Source of the DNA: Tubiluchus corallicola
Taxonomy: Eukaryota > Animalia > Priapulida
Reading direction: 5' to 3'
DNA: 64,000 nucleotides
Assembly (NCBI GenBank): GCA_030141605.1
Contig: JAQGDQ010000571.1
Coordinates: forward strand, 62,001-126,000
The notes under the pieces are model-generated. The model made no database searches and had not been told where the DNA came from. It saw only the letters and a program-made list of their open reading frames with translations. Both the position numbers and the translations under genes were made by a program. Below, one piece after another: positions 38,492 through 53,808 of the stretch (positions within the stretch are counted from its first letter, which is position 1; each line of letters starts with the position of its first letter).

Positions 38492-41400
38492 AGCAGATGA
38501 AGAGGCAATAGGGTTACCTCCTCTTCGGTTTACGAATGACCATGTAAAGAATCAGTACAGCAGTGTTATAATTATGTCAAATAAACTGTGAACGAGTGAA
38601 CAGTATATTTTTGTACACAACAATAATATTTCTTATGATTATGACATTGTTTGATACACAACAATAGCATTGCTTATTATTCTGACATTGTTTTATGTAT
38701 GGTATTCCTAACCATGTATCTAACTGATTTAGTTCTACATACGTACTATATTATTTCCATAACAGCTGTAATTTTTATATATATATATATATGTATGTAT
38801 TTCTCTGTTTACGTTATCTCATCTTTAAACTGTTTTTCATTTAAATTATTGTCACATCTGTTTCGAACATCATTATCATTAAAAAACATTTTGAAAGTTA
38901 TACTAAATTGGTAGAAAAATGGATTTTATCACTGACTCAACTACGAATAGTTAAAATATATTGTTGGTGGTGCTGACATCTTTTGCTTAAAAAGTAAAAC
39001 TTTATCACTCCTTTTAAAGGAAATGCAGAAATTGAATTTTACTTGAATGAGTTTATTCATTGTGCCCGTGTATAGCTTTACCAAGCTGTGCTGATGCTTA
39101 GTCTAAACATGAAGCGATTAAAATAAATTAATGCATTAAGTAGCTCTTGACATTTCAAAACCTATTGTTATTTGATGTCTGACAGACCAAGTTCATGCGA
39201 AACTGTATTTAGTAGTCCATTATACACATGCAACTGACTGAGCCATAAGTAATGGCTACGTTTTTCATTTCAACTTTTACTGATGTTTTGGAACGAATAA
39301 CGTTTCACTAATAAACATGGAAAGAACTGTAATTAAATTGTAATAATTGTTTGTATGCGATAATTAAGGACATTAATCGTCGCGCTGCACAAATTCTTCA
39401 GTAAGCATTACATCTCAAATGTATGTTATGGAGGTAAACCTTTTGTATGTCTGTAATATTTATGTAATCATCAATGCTAATCCTAAAGAATTTTAAGATA
39501 TGTTTGCTTTCAACTTCTTTCTTCATGATTAAGCACACATGTTTATCCACTTTTTGCTTATTAATTTTAATTTTTAATTAGTTATTAATTTATTTTTTAC
39601 TTTTCTTCTTTGGTTCTAGGTCGTAACCATGACATTAATTTTAAATACGTAAATTTTAACTTAATATTTAAAGATATTAACGTTTATCTCTTCTTTTCCA
39701 TTATAGAATTTTGTTTTATTAGAAACTAACATATTTGTATAATAATTTAACCAACAATCGTCTAGAATGCTAAATCTGATAATTTTTAATTACTTTGTAC
39801 ATGCGCGTTAATTAATTATATTAGTAACAATTCTGAGAGGGTTGCTGACGGCGATAACTCATAATACTTTCGCCACGCTTTCATCACTAATCAATAGTTT
39901 CTTTTGCACTTTGTAATATTATTGTATGTTGTACAGATTTATAAATCACTTAAATATGTATTTTGCTATTTTAAAAATGGTGATAAACTAATAAACTTAC
40001 ATACGTACTTAATGCTGTGATATGCTGAGTTTAATACTTACGTGTTTTAATTGTTATGTTCCTTTGTGAATAATAAATACATTATATACTCAACCACTAT
40101 AAATCAATGTTCAACTTTTTCTTATTCTTTCATTCCCTCTCTTTCGCTTTCTTGCAAAGAATTATCTCGAGCAGTAAATATCTTACACCAAGTGGAAAAT
40201 TTTGCCAGTGGGAAATAGGAAGGAATAGAATATTGGAATCGACTTGGATAAAATCAGGGAGTTGGGAAGGTCAAAGGTCACTTGTTGCTTTTTTAAATAT
40301 CACACGTATATCAATCAGAGTTTGCTGTTGTTGGGATTTTATTGTGGTCGCAACCGCTAGATGGCAGTCCATATTGTTGTGGAGTTGGCTTCTCAGTAGT
40401 TCGTTATTAGTTGTTACTTCTTAAATGTAACCAATTTTCACATACCTGATAACACTAGTATTAAAACCAAATTAAGTACTTCAGATAAATAATATTAAAA
40501 AACCCTTTTAATCCACGAGTTAATTTGACAAAATCTGTGTATTTACAATATTTCGTACAACATGTTGCAAATATCCCTATCTCTTACAGGAAAGATCGTT
40601 CTTATATTCCTAGCTGGCAATTTTCTCATGAGATTACTTCTATCTATTAAATTTAGCAATGTACATTAAAAAATTAGATGTTCTTGTGTTTGAACAAATG
40701 TATGATCACAATTACAACAATCAGTATTGTTTTCCCCAACTATATATATAAAAGAGCGTGTGTCTCTTTATAGCAACAAATTAAGTGCTATCATTTCTAC
40801 ATCACGTAGTCATGATTATTAAGTCTAGAGGTGACAATTTTGGTGAAATAACATCTGCAGATATGCCATTAATCTGATTTGAATATTAAATTTTTTTCTT
40901 CCACACAGTTTTCACAAATTTTTCTAGTCTAATTTGTTGTAAGTAAAATATTCAGAAGAAAACTCACTTTGGGCTTCATTTCTGAAATTACTGTTCTTAC
41001 TAATTTTTAGAAGATATTTTGTCATAGCTAAGTGAGACTTCATAAGATGCAGGTTATTTCGGTAGTTTTGCGGCATCTCCTCACAAATGCTTATTTCATC
41101 TTTATGTAGCTTGTGGGTGCTAGCGACACCTAGTTAACGTTTGTGAAAGCTTCTTGGTTCAACTTTTTTAACTTTGTCATTCATTACAGCCAATCAGATA
41201 TCAGAAGCCAACTTTGGGGATAGTCACATGACTTGACCTGTTTTACCTGTTCATACTCACACGGACTATGGCTTTTTCTTTTTGCCGTAGTTCTGATGAA
41301 TTTATTAAATACTGTTTTGTTATCCAGGAAGCCATTTTAATCATCAAATTGTAAGCTCTGTTAATTAATTTAGACTAAATTATCTTGATCTTGTAAATTA

Positions 41401-42491
41401 ACGCAATAATCTGCCATTTTTGCTGTAGATCAGAAATCGATTTTTGACGTCATATTTTTACTTACCTGCTGTTATTTTCACCTGTCAATCTGTTAAGTAT
41501 TTTTCCACCGTTTGCTTCTTTTTGTTGTTGAATCACATCATTATACTGAATAAATTAATTTCAGGTTTATCACACCAGGTAGCGCAGGAGTTGGGCGCAT
41601 CCACATAGGTCCTCTCCTAAACGACTCACACAGTTTTCATGATAAACTTGATTGCAATGCTATCATAGACTATATGAGATGGCGGAAACTCACAAACAAA
41701 TTGAATATCTGTTTTACGTGGGTTGTACCCTACAGCTGTGGCAGATCTCAATTCTAACTCTCATTATTAATATTTACATTATTTTTTTAAAATATTAATA
41801 AAAACAATAACGACGTCATTGACAAAACTATTCATTTAATTTATTACATTTTTGAATTGTTCTGATAATATAATAAAACGATTGACAGCTATATTCGAAA
41901 AATGGTTATTGTGCGAAAATCACCTTATTCCAACTTTCACGTAAAATTATGAATCAATTTAAAATCGCGTTCATTTACTGCAATTTTGCTGCAAATGTTT
42001 AATTTTGTCACAAACTACATAGTTAATATTAAGCCAAAAAACTCTCAAGGAAAAAACTAAGTGAGATAAGATTTTCTCATAAACAGAAATACTTTGCACA
42101 ACAGTATGGTCAAACTTAACCGTGATAATATAACTGCTTTGATTCAAAAATTTGAAAATTATTTTCTAATGTTTAAATTTAGTAAAAATAATTTATTTTA
42201 TACCAAGATTAATAAAAGTTTTTCTAATTATGTGAATCAGGGACCAAATTGGTTGCATCTATCAATAATATTTTTTATACACCAAAGTTGAAGTGCCTTG
42301 ATTGTAACATAATTAATTACAGTCCTAATAATTTCTTTTAATTGCTTTAATAAAAGTTGACAACGTTTTAGGTGATAAAGAAATAAAACGAACAACGTCG
42401 GCGATCACGTTAGCAAAACTGTACAGACGCTCCCATGATGGAATGTGATGAAGCGAGGATACCTGGTGCCATCTACAGGAAGAAGTGGAAA

Positions 42492-42524
42492 TTATCTTCT
42501 CGTCCAGTATAGTTCTTGATTTGC
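42492..42524 (-). CDS. NPF: NPY/NPF-like precursor, candidate last coding exon (ANQELYWTRR*)
   Basis: Acceptor aatctctcttcag| in phase 0; short C-terminal exon as in NPY genes. Chosen by eye; other acceptors are possible. Confidence 0.55.
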   Translation of the reverse strand, partial: ANQELYWTRR

Positions 42525-44332
42525 CTGAAGAGAGATTATTTGCAAGAAAGATTAAATGTAATTAGTTCATTAAAATATGCTTGCAAACCAAAACCGTCCA
42601 TAAAGCGGCATAGTTAAAACTACGCTACGATGCTTCAATGTAGAAAGCACAAAAAAAATTGGTCACATGTCGGTTTTTTTATCAAAACAAATGCTAAATA
42701 TATCGGACTTTTATATTCTAGCAGGAAAATGTCAGGAAAATGTCCAAAAAATACTGAAAATGTAATTCTATAATTCCTTACCCACCTTTCTGTCTAGAAA
42801 CTAGTACTGAAATTGTAAAAAACTCCCATTTTCAAACTCCGATAGTAGTTCATGGAAGCAGCTATTTTGCTTCGGGCTTTTTCTGTTGACAAGACCAGAT
42901 CTTCGTCAGGAAGGGCCATCTACTGGATTTAAACGTAACTTCATTTTGCTCTTGTAAAATTCGTAGCAACCACACTTTAGTACGGTTGCTAAGTGGTTTG
43001 TAGAGACGCGACAAAAACACTAGATAACTTTAGTAGGCTACATTTTTCAGTGCGTGACGTGCACCGCAACTTCAATGTGGATTATCTCAGCTTAGAAATA
43101 ACATAGAGCGATGAACTTGGTATCAAAATGATCCTCATGAAATGGAGATTCGGGATATGTGAATAACTAGAAAGCCTTAATTGCCGATTTATGGACGATT
43201 TTGCTATAGAAGCACACTTAAACGAAAAGCTTAATAGCTAAGTCCAGATTTTTGCGATATTTTTATGCTCATATTCATGTTGTTTCTTCGTGGTTTCCTG
43301 CTTGGACCGTGTCCAATGATCTTCCACGCTTCCAATTTTTCGATTCTTTTGCTTACAAATCTTAGAAGTGATTATTTATGTAAAAATTGTTGTTTGAATA
43401 AAGTAGAGGATGAATTGCATGCAATGACTGAATACGGCCAAAGTGTACCAACTTTCAGTATTCGTCTCCTAATGAGACGCTTGTGTTTTTAAATTCGTCA
43501 CAAGATGTAGAAATTATAATACTTGATGCTGATTGGTCCAGAAAATCTTTGAATGCAGACCTGACTGAAATAACTCAGAGCAAGCCAGACTGATTAAATG
43601 CAATAATTGTAGAACAATAAGTCTAAGCTATCAATCACGTTTTATACACACACATATATATATATGTTACTTTGTTGTACGTGTTTATGTACCTGATCCA
43701 TTATACCATAGACATGTAGTTTTCTTTGTACTGTTGTAGCCTGTTACTTTTTTATGTCTAGTGTATACAATTTTTGCCACTTTTGTATTCTGTTGTATTG
43801 GTCAATAAACAACATAGGTGTTTTACCAATTAGTAAACAAAACGTAAAGTTTCTTTAAACATATGTATTTGATATTACAAATGATAGAAATGATGTTAAA
43901 AAATGTTAACCCTATTGCTGTTAAAGAGTAAAACTAAAACTATTTAAAACTGCGAAGTCATAGAATCCAAATTTTTGTGCGCATCTAACACGTATTTAAT
44001 ACCAACAATCTAATGCATCGTAATAAGTAAATGACAGAGCTATGTATTACATTAACGAGAACGAGAACGAAAATGATTAAAAGAAAGGGCATCACGGCGA
44101 AATGGGTCTGTTTATAAGGGTTACATCGTAAGCGAATGACCCAGTTATTTGAAACGTTCGTCTGCGTGTAAAATAAAGCCACAGAATGTTGTACTGGATA
44201 CTCCGCAAAGAAGACAAATCTCACAATTTTAGCAATGGATAATTTTTTAAATTTGTTAAAATAATAGCTGCTAAATCTAACGTAACTTAAGAAAAAAACA
44301 TCAAACACATCTGAAAAAATATATTTTCCTAC

Positions 44333-44360
44333 CTCGTCGGGTTCCATTCGTTTACCATAC
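44333..44360 (-). CDS. NPF: NPY/NPF-like precursor, amidation/cleavage exon (R-YGKR-MEPDE)
   Basis: tttattttag|G TAT GGT AAA CGA ATG GAA CCC GAC GAG|gtagga; completes the split Arg codon and gives RPRY-GKR. Confidence 0.85.
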
Positions 44361-46347
44361 CTAAAATAAAAAAAGAAAGTACCGTGATAACCATGATCGT
44401 GACTATTTAATGTAATGTCTTATTTTTCTGTATTTTTACTGTAACTAACATCTAGGGCCTTTATGAAACGTTGTTCGTATGTAACTATTTTTAAAGTGAA
44501 GCATAAATTTCGTTAAACTTTCAAAGCTACGCACGGCTCAGTGAATCTACTAAGATTGGCAACGGCGTCTTTTTGTCACATGCGCGTGGCCGAAAAATGG
44601 AAGGCGGTACCGTGATAACCATGACTGCAGTGTTAGTTTCTGACGTTATATGAGGTAGAGCCCATTTTCGGGACTTCACGCGTTGAAGGAGTAACACTTA
44701 CGCAAACGTGCTTGACGCGCAAGGGAGGATGCCTGCCATTGCAGAAACTGTGGTTAGTTTCTGACGTAAGCAATAGCTGTGTTCAGTTACTGTTAATTAA
44801 CTTTCTAAGCTAATTATTCAACTATAAGAAACAATTGCTAACATTATAGGCAAAAAAACGTATATTTTGGATAGTGAATTAAAATGAGATTGAATCTAAA
44901 CAATCGTCCAGTCCTCCTTTAAAACTCGGTCGTTTTATTACATCTGCATTGTGAATTCCAAGATTTCAGCAAAATCAATTCCAATGGCGCATAAAGTCAT
45001 TCAGCATGGGCTAATAGTCATAAATGGTCACTAGACAAACTGATCTCGCTTATTGCAAATCGAACTTGTGCCAAATGTCGTGACTCTGCAAATATTTTTA
45101 CAACGTTGTAGCAACCAATTACTATTCTTGAGACTTCAATATTACTGTAGCAATGGTTGCTGTACGGAAGGGTTAAAGCGCCCAAAATTCGCTGTAAGTT
45201 TAAAGCTATCTTATATATATATATGTAATATATAATAATCTTTATTTGCCATAAAAAAATCAATATTCATAACTATAAAAGCATAAAAGAACATCGCAGC
45301 ATGAGAATAAAATTCACACAACTGTAAAAGGCAAATGCGTCCAGTGCAAACTAAAAACTACTGTTCCAAAAATTAAAAACAAAATATACATTATAATGTT
45401 ACACGAAGATTATAATAGACTATATACATACAATTTAAAATGGACGTGGGTAAATAAAATTTGCGGATGAATATATATTATCGTTTACGTATGTAGGGTT
45501 TTCAAAACGATTTAATGTATGTATTTTTAATTTTGATTTGAATTTGTCAAAAGACTTACAGATTTAAAGATTTGTTTTAAATTAGAAGGCAAGGTATTTC
45601 AAAGTGTATTCCAGGGTATTCATTAAACTGTAGGTCAAAACAATCTACTCTTTAAAATATTGAAAGGAAACATACTATTTCTGTCAAAAAAGACTTACGG
45701 GGAAGAATTATTACCACACAAACACAATTAACGTTCGCGCCACTAGTTCTTCACTGTTACATGCATTTCGCCATTCGCTAGTTAGGCGGGCACTAGCGCC
45801 TGCATTTCGAAAACGCATTGCACGCAAAACAGGCGCTGTACCGCACACGTTTGACAGCTCATGCGTGAGTGGAGCGATAACTTTCAAGTTTAAATTTTTA
45901 TCTTAAAACTTCCGTAGTTTAGCACAGCACACTGAACATGTTACCGTAGCACTGTAGCTTAAATTGTCGCTTTCGCAAACACGTGCAACACACTCGTAAA
46001 GTATTTTTGATGTTGAAAATTATGCTAGTTTGTGATGTCATCAACAGTTGGGTTCGCCCGACATTAATTAAGTTTTTAATCTATTATTTAATTATCAGAA
46101 ACACCTTTACAGTATTAGGTGTATATAAACAGTATGCCTGTATAATCCTGCATGCCTCAGTAATTAACTATAAGACCATTTTGGGTTAGTTCTTTAACAA
46201 TATCTATATACATTTTAATTACATTAGTGTCTCTCTTTCTGTAAATAGTGCGAATATCATTATTTTCTAAGCCGCGCTCAAGATTCTCTCTTACATCGTG
46301 TCTAACCAATGGTAATGGACAATGAAAAATTAGATGTTCTGGGGTTT

Positions 46348-46495
46348 TGTACCTATGCAAAATGTGTACCTATGAAACCATGTACCTATGTAAAATGTGT
46401 ACCTATGAAAACATGTACCTATGCAAGATGTGTACCTATGAAAACATGTACCTATGCAAAATGTGTACCTATGAAAACATGTACCTATGCAAAGT
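46348..46495. repeat. Minisatellite with alternating 16/17-bp units (33-bp higher-order unit)
   Basis: tgtacctatgcaaaatg / tgtacctatgaaaaca. Confidence 0.9.
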
Positions 46496-47554
46496 GCACC
46501 AAACGTTTACAGTCCTGAAGGATTTAACCAGTAGGTCTAAAGCTCCTTTTACTTTCTAAAAGCTTTAGCTGTGTTATTATATTTAAAAAAAGAACAAGAG
46601 TCCCACTGTGGTTTAAACATATCATTCACGACTCACCACGAAACTGATGCATAAGAGACCGTCACTGAAACCAATGAATGAAATGATCTACAGCCAGTGA
46701 GTGTAATTGTTAAATGTCTGTATAAATATAGTAAATAGGTCTAGCGAATGCATAGTAAACGATCTGTTTGGAAGAACCACCGTTCTCCAATGTCACGTAG
46801 AACGCCAATGTAGATAATTTTGTTTTTGCGCAACAAAGTTGCGACTTCCATTTTGCAGAATTGAAAAACTAGCCGCGGATAGCTATCCGACCGTGCAAAC
46901 GATTTCGGTAGGTTGTCTTTTAAAGCAAAAGCCAAGTCTCTCGGCTGGAAGTTGAGCTTATTTTAATACTTGAGAAAAGTGTTCAAAAGTTTCAGCAATA
47001 AAATTTTGATAGGTATGTCTTGTAATTAGTAAAATCAATTTAAATGTCGCTATCACTTCAAGCTTGGGTGTGCTCATTTTGAACGAAATATGACGTCATC
47101 TGGTTACATGAATATCTGAATGAATTGCAGAAGCTTTGTAATGCGTTCTTTCCACCAGGTTGGGTCATTTTTTAACCAAGCCCAGCGGAGTTCGGTTGGC
47201 AGGAGATCGAATAATTTAAATTTATTTTTTTCATTTTTGAAGCAAAACATTTTATGCCCGTATATTACATGGTAATTTCAACATTTATAAGTGTAAAGTA
47301 AAATACAATGAATATTGTTCGATGCTTGGTTTTATCTTTAAAACAAGATGCGGACGGGTTTGTAAAACCGTTAAGGTTTAGCCAAGCCATGCCAAATGCA
47401 AATAAACACAATATGTCTACTATAAGATTTTGAAAATAGAACAGAAGAGTGTAGTACATTGACAGGCTTCTGGAATCCTTCATACCGCCATTAATGTATG
47501 TGACACTTAGCTTTTGAACACAAGTCTTAATACAAGACAAAAGTTTGGGCCAGT

Positions 47555-47995
47555 AATGATGCCCTGTGGTAACCTTGTGGTATACACCGTGACAAGTGTA
47601 TAATACTGTGACAAGAGAAAAGTGTAGGAGCAGAAATGACGCCCTGTGGTAATCCTGCAATCGCTATTACTGTATGTGCACGATTCTTTACTACACCATT
47701 AGCCTCTGAAGTCAGAATACTGTGACAAGAGAAAAGTGTAGGAGCAGAAATGACGCCCTGTGGTAATCCGGCAATCGCTATTACTGTATGTGCACGATTC
47801 TTTACTACACCACTAGCCTCTGAAGGCAGAATACTGTGACAAGAGATTATGTGCAAGCAGAAATGATGCCCCGTGGTAACACTGCAATCGCAATTACTGT
47901 ATGTGCACAGTTATTTATCACACCTCTAGCCTTTGAAGTTTGAATACTGTGTCAAGAGAAAATTGTGGGACAAGAAATGAAGCCCTGAGGAATTC
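47555..47995. repeat. Tandem repeat, ~4 copies of a ~113-bp unit
   Basis: aatga(c/t)gccc(t/c)gtggtaa recurs at ~47555, 47636, 47749, 47862 and 47976. Confidence 0.88.
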
Positions 47996-48558
47996 CAGCC
48001 GTCATTATACAAAATGTGTGCTATTCTTGCCCCATATAATGCGTTCAAGGAGGCCACTCCAAGAACAATTTTTGCCCATTAACTAACACGAGCAAATATG
48101 TATTAACCAATGTAATATACCGTATAAGCTTGTGAATAAATATTCTGACCTCAGTTCCTGAATGTTATAAAATTTAATGCCCATTGATTTACTTCTATTT
48201 TACTTGTCATGTTAAACAAGTTATTTCACTTGTATTTTAAAAATTGTAGTTTGCCTTGCATAATTTATATGCCAATATGCTTTTAAATTTTGAGCTATAC
48301 ACTTATTTTTCCTTTGCACTTTTATTTTTTCTATTCATTTGTGAAATACATTTTTATAAAAATGGAAAGGTGGCAGTCTAGTAGCGCTTGAATGCTGACC
48401 CTTTGACATTAATTAGACTACAGGAATTCTAAGTCACACTAGTAACATACATTTATTTAAATAAAGCTAAACTTTTCACATACAATCTAAACAATTTATC
48501 CTCGAGTGACTTAACACTCTTTCTACTAAAAATATTACGGCGATAACATCTGAATGCA

Positions 48559-49112
48559 TCTGATAACATCATGTAAAGATAATAACGGTCATCCAATATT
48601 GCCGAATTGTAACTGTGGATTTCGATTTGAGTCTGTTGAACACTTTTTGTTGTACTGCCCATTGCATCAACTAGCTAGGGTTGTTATGTTTGATAAATTA
48701 AATGCAATACTTCTGCCCGAAAACCTTAGTATAGTTGTCTTAGGAAATAATGATCTGTTGAAGTTGTTATTATTCGGTAAAGATGAATTTAACTATGTTA
48801 CTAACTGTAAAATATTCCAATGTATACATGACTTTATATTATGTACTAAACGCTTCCAGTAGTTCCTATCTGATATAAAATGCATCATTCTTAAATAATC
48901 GTACATTAATATTTACTAACCGTCATTTTTTACTAATGTCTAATGTATCACTGTAGTAAAACTTTAGTATACTAAAGTATACTAAAAACTAAGTATAGTC
49001 TATTCTTACTGTAAATGTTCTTGTAAATAGTGTACAAAATCTGTTGTGGTGAGGATCTTAAATCATGTTGTACAAACTGTCTGATCTAATCCTAAATAAG
49101 TTATGTTTAAAC
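48559..49112 (+). mobile_element. 5'-truncated CR1-like LINE 3' end
   Basis: CNCGFRFESVEHFLLYCP zinc knuckle, ORF ending ...CTKRF, 3' UTR stem-loop and atgtttaaa end; 15-bp TSD taacatctgaatgca at 48544-48558 and 49113-49127. Confidence 0.85.
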
Positions 49113-49805
49113 TAACATCTGAATGCAGCTAAAAGGATTCAAGGAAGGGAAGGACAGTAGAATAACTTTTAATACATAGAGGACTGCGTACCAAAATTTA
49201 CTGAGTGTTAACGTTAAGCTTCATACAAATGAAATTATAGGCCTTTGGACCTTGTGTTCCATTGCTGCAAAATGAGGAAACGAAATGTGGAAACGAAGAG
49301 GCTCTCGAAGAACTGGCACGAGTTGACAAGCTATGGCTTCTTCAATGCCACACGTGCACCGTGAATGAATCTCAGTTTGCGCAATGAGGGCTAACTTATC
49401 GAATAATGTCTTAAAGGCGTTTAATGGACAATTTATGTATAGGCTGCTTTAAGTGGCCTCTAAGGCTATATGGCAATTTAAGAACGCCGTTATGATAAAG
49501 ACAAGCTATTAATGGCGAATATCCGTACGCGTTTATTTTCCAGTGTTGAAAGAGTTAGAGGAGAATTGTGAATAGTTTTGCCAAGCAAGACTCTTAATGA
49601 AATGACAAAACCTCCGTTATTCTTTGGATATTCGCAATGTGCTAAGGTTTCGACATGAATAATGAATGAAGTAGAATGCGTTTAATACATAGTTCATAGC
49701 TCATAGATTTGAATCTAAGAAGAATTAACAGCGTAACTGCATTGCTTAGCTTTGCTTTGCATAAGTCTTGTTTCGATTGGAAGAATTCTTTGAAAAATTA
49801 AATGG

Positions 49806-50090
<285 letters not shown>

Positions 50091-50289
50091 TAACGAAAGG
50101 GATAAAAAAGCTGCTTGAACGAAATGTGCATGTAACTGGAGCGAGAATGACACAAACGTCAAGACTAGTTTAGTAAATGATGTTTATTAATATGATTAAT
50201 AATAAAATTAATTACATTTCTTCGTTGACTTTTGTGTCATTCTCACTCCGGTTACATGCACATTTCGTTCAAGCAGCTTTTTTATCCCT

Positions 50290-50320
<31 letters not shown>

Positions 50321-52847
50321 AAAAGTTCAAAAGACACTCAAGCTACGAAAATAAACTCATCTATATTACTGACAAAGAAAACTTTGATAGTGAACTTAGT
50401 AGTGCTATGAATAGATGGCTACAGAGCAAGACAGAAAAACTAAATGTAGAAAAAGGTGCCATCTTCTGGAAAACATATAAACAAATTTTTAAAGGTGTAA
50501 ATAGCAATAATAATAATAGTGTTGATATATTAATTAGTAATGGCTCACCTGTAGTCTCGGCCTCGGATAGTGCTGATTTATTATATAAGACTTTTTTTAG
50601 TGGGGAACACTTGAACGCGGAAGAATTTGATGAAAACTGGAAAAATCACATTGAACGCTCATTATCAGTTATGGACTGGGAACAAAACGAAAATTTTTGT
50701 CTAAATAACTGGTTTAATTTACAAGAATTAGAAAATGCAGTAAGTGAAGTGCGAACTGAAGGCAAGGCGCTTGACTCCGATGGGTTTCACCCAAAAATGA
50801 TAAAACATTTTGGGCCAGTCGCAAAAAATATTGTATTACGTATTGCAAATATGTGCTTAGAGAATCAAGTATGGCCTTGGACGTGCACGAAAGTAATTCC
50901 ACTAAAAAAACCTAACAAAATCGATTATTCAAATGCCAGTAATTATCGTCCAATTACCATTTCTTCGTATGTAGGTAAACTCGTTGAGCGTTTAATATCA
51001 AATAGACTTAAAAATCATTTCTTTCAGTTAAACTGCATTGATACAGAGCAAGAAGGCTTCATAAAAGGCAAAAATACAGTACGTTATTTAACGAGATTAG
51101 TTACTGATATGGAAGACGACATTTTGAATAATGCATTCGGTATAACAATCTGCTGTGATTACGAAAAAGCGTTCGACAGTGTTTGGGTTGAAGGTTTATT
51201 ATTTAGACTTATTTGTGCAAATGTACGAGGGTCTATGCTACGCCTTATAGCATATATATTACAAAATCGCAATATTTGCATAAAGATAAATGATTATATG
51301 TCCGATCAATATCGATGCAATTTAGGACTCCCACAGGGGTCAGTTATAGCCCCAATACTGTTTATATTTTTCATTGCAGATATGTTTTATAATATGGATG
51401 ACTCTGTTAAAAAGTACAAGTATGTTGATGATGGATCTTTGCATGTGTCAAATACAGACCCGCAAACCTGCGTTACAATTGCACAAAGCTGTTGTGATGT
51501 GCTTCACAAATGGTGCCAGAAATGGCGTTTAAAGATAAATACGTTACCTGGTAAGACAGAAGCATTGCTAGTAGGGGCATGGGATGAAAATAACAAGCCA
51601 GATAATTTAAAAATTAGTAACAATGAAATATTGTTTGTTGAAGACAGCAAAATATTAGGCCTAACTGTTGATCGGAAATTAACATTTGCTAAACACGCGG
51701 GTAATGTTCATAAAAAGGTATGGTATAGACGGTTGAAAGTAAAAAACAATTGCAGTAAATATGCAGGTTTGCGACTTGCTACCATTGTAAATATTTATAA
51801 AACTACTATTTTGCCGATTATACTGTATGGTGCTATTGTATGGTTAGGTAAAAAACGTACTGTATTTGAAGATATAACCTATGATATAATGAATGTTTCT
51901 GCGGGGTTGGCTTTTAAACCAGATCGTACTAAATTGGAATTACTTTGTGGTCTTCCACCGTTAGACATTGAACTAGGACATTAGACGCTGATGATTTAGT
52001 AAAACAACAGATTCTGCGGTATGGTAGTACACGTCTGACAGGAAGACATATTTATAAAAATATTAGGTATACACATGCGCAGACTGTGAGAAACTTTTTA
52101 AAATTTGTCTGGAATGAAAACTTTCGTACTACAGATCTTGAACAAATTCCTGAAAATATGTTAAAGTATACCAAACGTCAAATTATAGATTATGTTTCTT
52201 CTACCTGGTCAACTAAATATAGGCATGTTATGCAATTTCGAGGAGATAATGTTGAAATACAGAATATAAAATGTACACCCTTAAATTTGCCGCTTGGAAA
52301 TAATGAAAGGAAAATAGAATCCATTGCCATGTCCTTTTTAACTGGCCAGGGGAATTTTAACAGCTTTTTGTATAGACTTAATATGAGTGATACTAGTTTA
52401 TGTCCATGTGGAGAAGAAGAGCAAACTCAGCACATTTTATTCAGATGTAATAAAGTAGATAATGCAAAAAGAATGCCGTTCATGGAAATAGCTGATGCCA
52501 ATTATACACGTAATATTATGCTTCAATCTGATAAAAATTTAATAATGGCTTTTACTAACCTGATCAGAGATAATTTTATACTAAGTAATTGTTAATTTAG
52601 GCCCGCTCGAGTATACAAAAATAAATTATGTAGTTGTGTAAAGTTAATTTGTTTGAATAATACTTGTGATTCGTTTGAAATTATATCTAATTTAAGTATA
52701 AAATGTTATTCGTTGTACATAGTGTGAAACTGGATTTAAAAGATTTGTTATGTGAAAATGTAATTTGTTGATCTGAGCCTGCAAAAAGAGGCACCTTTGT
52801 ATATATATATTCATTTCTTTAATAAAGATTTATTATTATTATATAAT
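50321..52847 (+). mobile_element. 5'-truncated non-LTR retrotransposon (RT + C-terminal CCHC; I/Jockey-group-like), ORF broken at ~51982
   Basis: KPNKIDYSNASNYRPITISSYVGKLVERLI, QEGF, DYEKAFDSVW, GLPQGSVIAPILF, YVDD; second fragment has CPCGEEEQTQHILFRC; frame is open from the truncation point; AATAAA and (att)n before the (TC)n flank. Confidence 0.92.
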
Positions 52848-53057
52848 TCTCTCTCTCTCTCTCTCTCTCTCCATCTCTTCTTCTTCTTCTCTCTCTCTTT
52901 TTCTGTCTCTCTCTTTCTTTCTCCATCTCTTCTTCTTCTTGTTCTTCTTCTTCTCTTTCTCTCTCTCTTTCTCTTTCTCTCTCCATCTCTTCTTCTCTCC
53001 ATTTCTCTCTCTTTCCGCTCACTCTCTTCCCTACCCGCCTTCATCGCAAGTTTCTTT

Positions 53058-53113
<56 letters not shown>
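52848..53113. repeat. (CT)n-rich polypyrimidine tract
   Basis: Directly visible. Confidence 0.95.
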
Positions 53114-53117
<4 letters not shown>

Positions 53118-53808
53118 TCGTCGGTTCGATGAAGAAATAAATAAGGAAAGAAGAAACAAGAACAATTAAAGCAAATGCACGAAAAGACACACGTCAAATA
53201 ACAACATCCTTTACATCACGGTTTCCCCTGGGGCCGTTAAAATTCAATATTTCGTACGAAAATCTTTGATATATTCACAACACGTTTAACAGAATGTTCT
53301 TTAGAAAACAACTTTTCAGATATCAGGATGTCGTCCTACCCTAGAGTCCGATATTTATATTGTTAATTTATAAAATCATCCTTCCTGGGTGGTTATACAT
53401 ATTCATTTAATTAAAGTATTGCTCTGAACATGAAATGCTGCATCTGTTGTTGCCTCCATCGTAATGCTAGTTGCTAGTTTTGGACGCTATTGAATCCATT
53501 CCGTGAACGGGGCTTAATAAAGTACAATGTCACAACAATAAATTCGTAAGAAATTCACAGTCAGAAAAATAGAGCAATGGCGGAGAGAACCAAAAGACGG
53601 GTAAAATGTCATACAACTAATACAGCTATAGCTCACGAAAGGCCAAAATGCTAATGCATTGAACGATATCAGGTGTTTCAATTTTAAAAGAGTGACTACT
53701 GTAAAAAGTAAAAAGCCTACTAAATAAACAAACAGGTGGCAGCACCGTGGCAGTAATTGAAAACTAAATTAGAACCAAAAAATAGCCAATGCACCCACTA
53801 CAACTTAC

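Noticed and set aside
43375-43435. Zinc-finger gene (CKNCCLNKVEDELH)
   Set aside because: Tiny LINE C-terminal remnant with no splice context.
43985-44347. 120-aa ORF MEPDEVGKY...
   Set aside because: Only MEPDE is likely exonic (NPF exon); the rest reads through a gtagga donor into AT-rich intron-like sequence.
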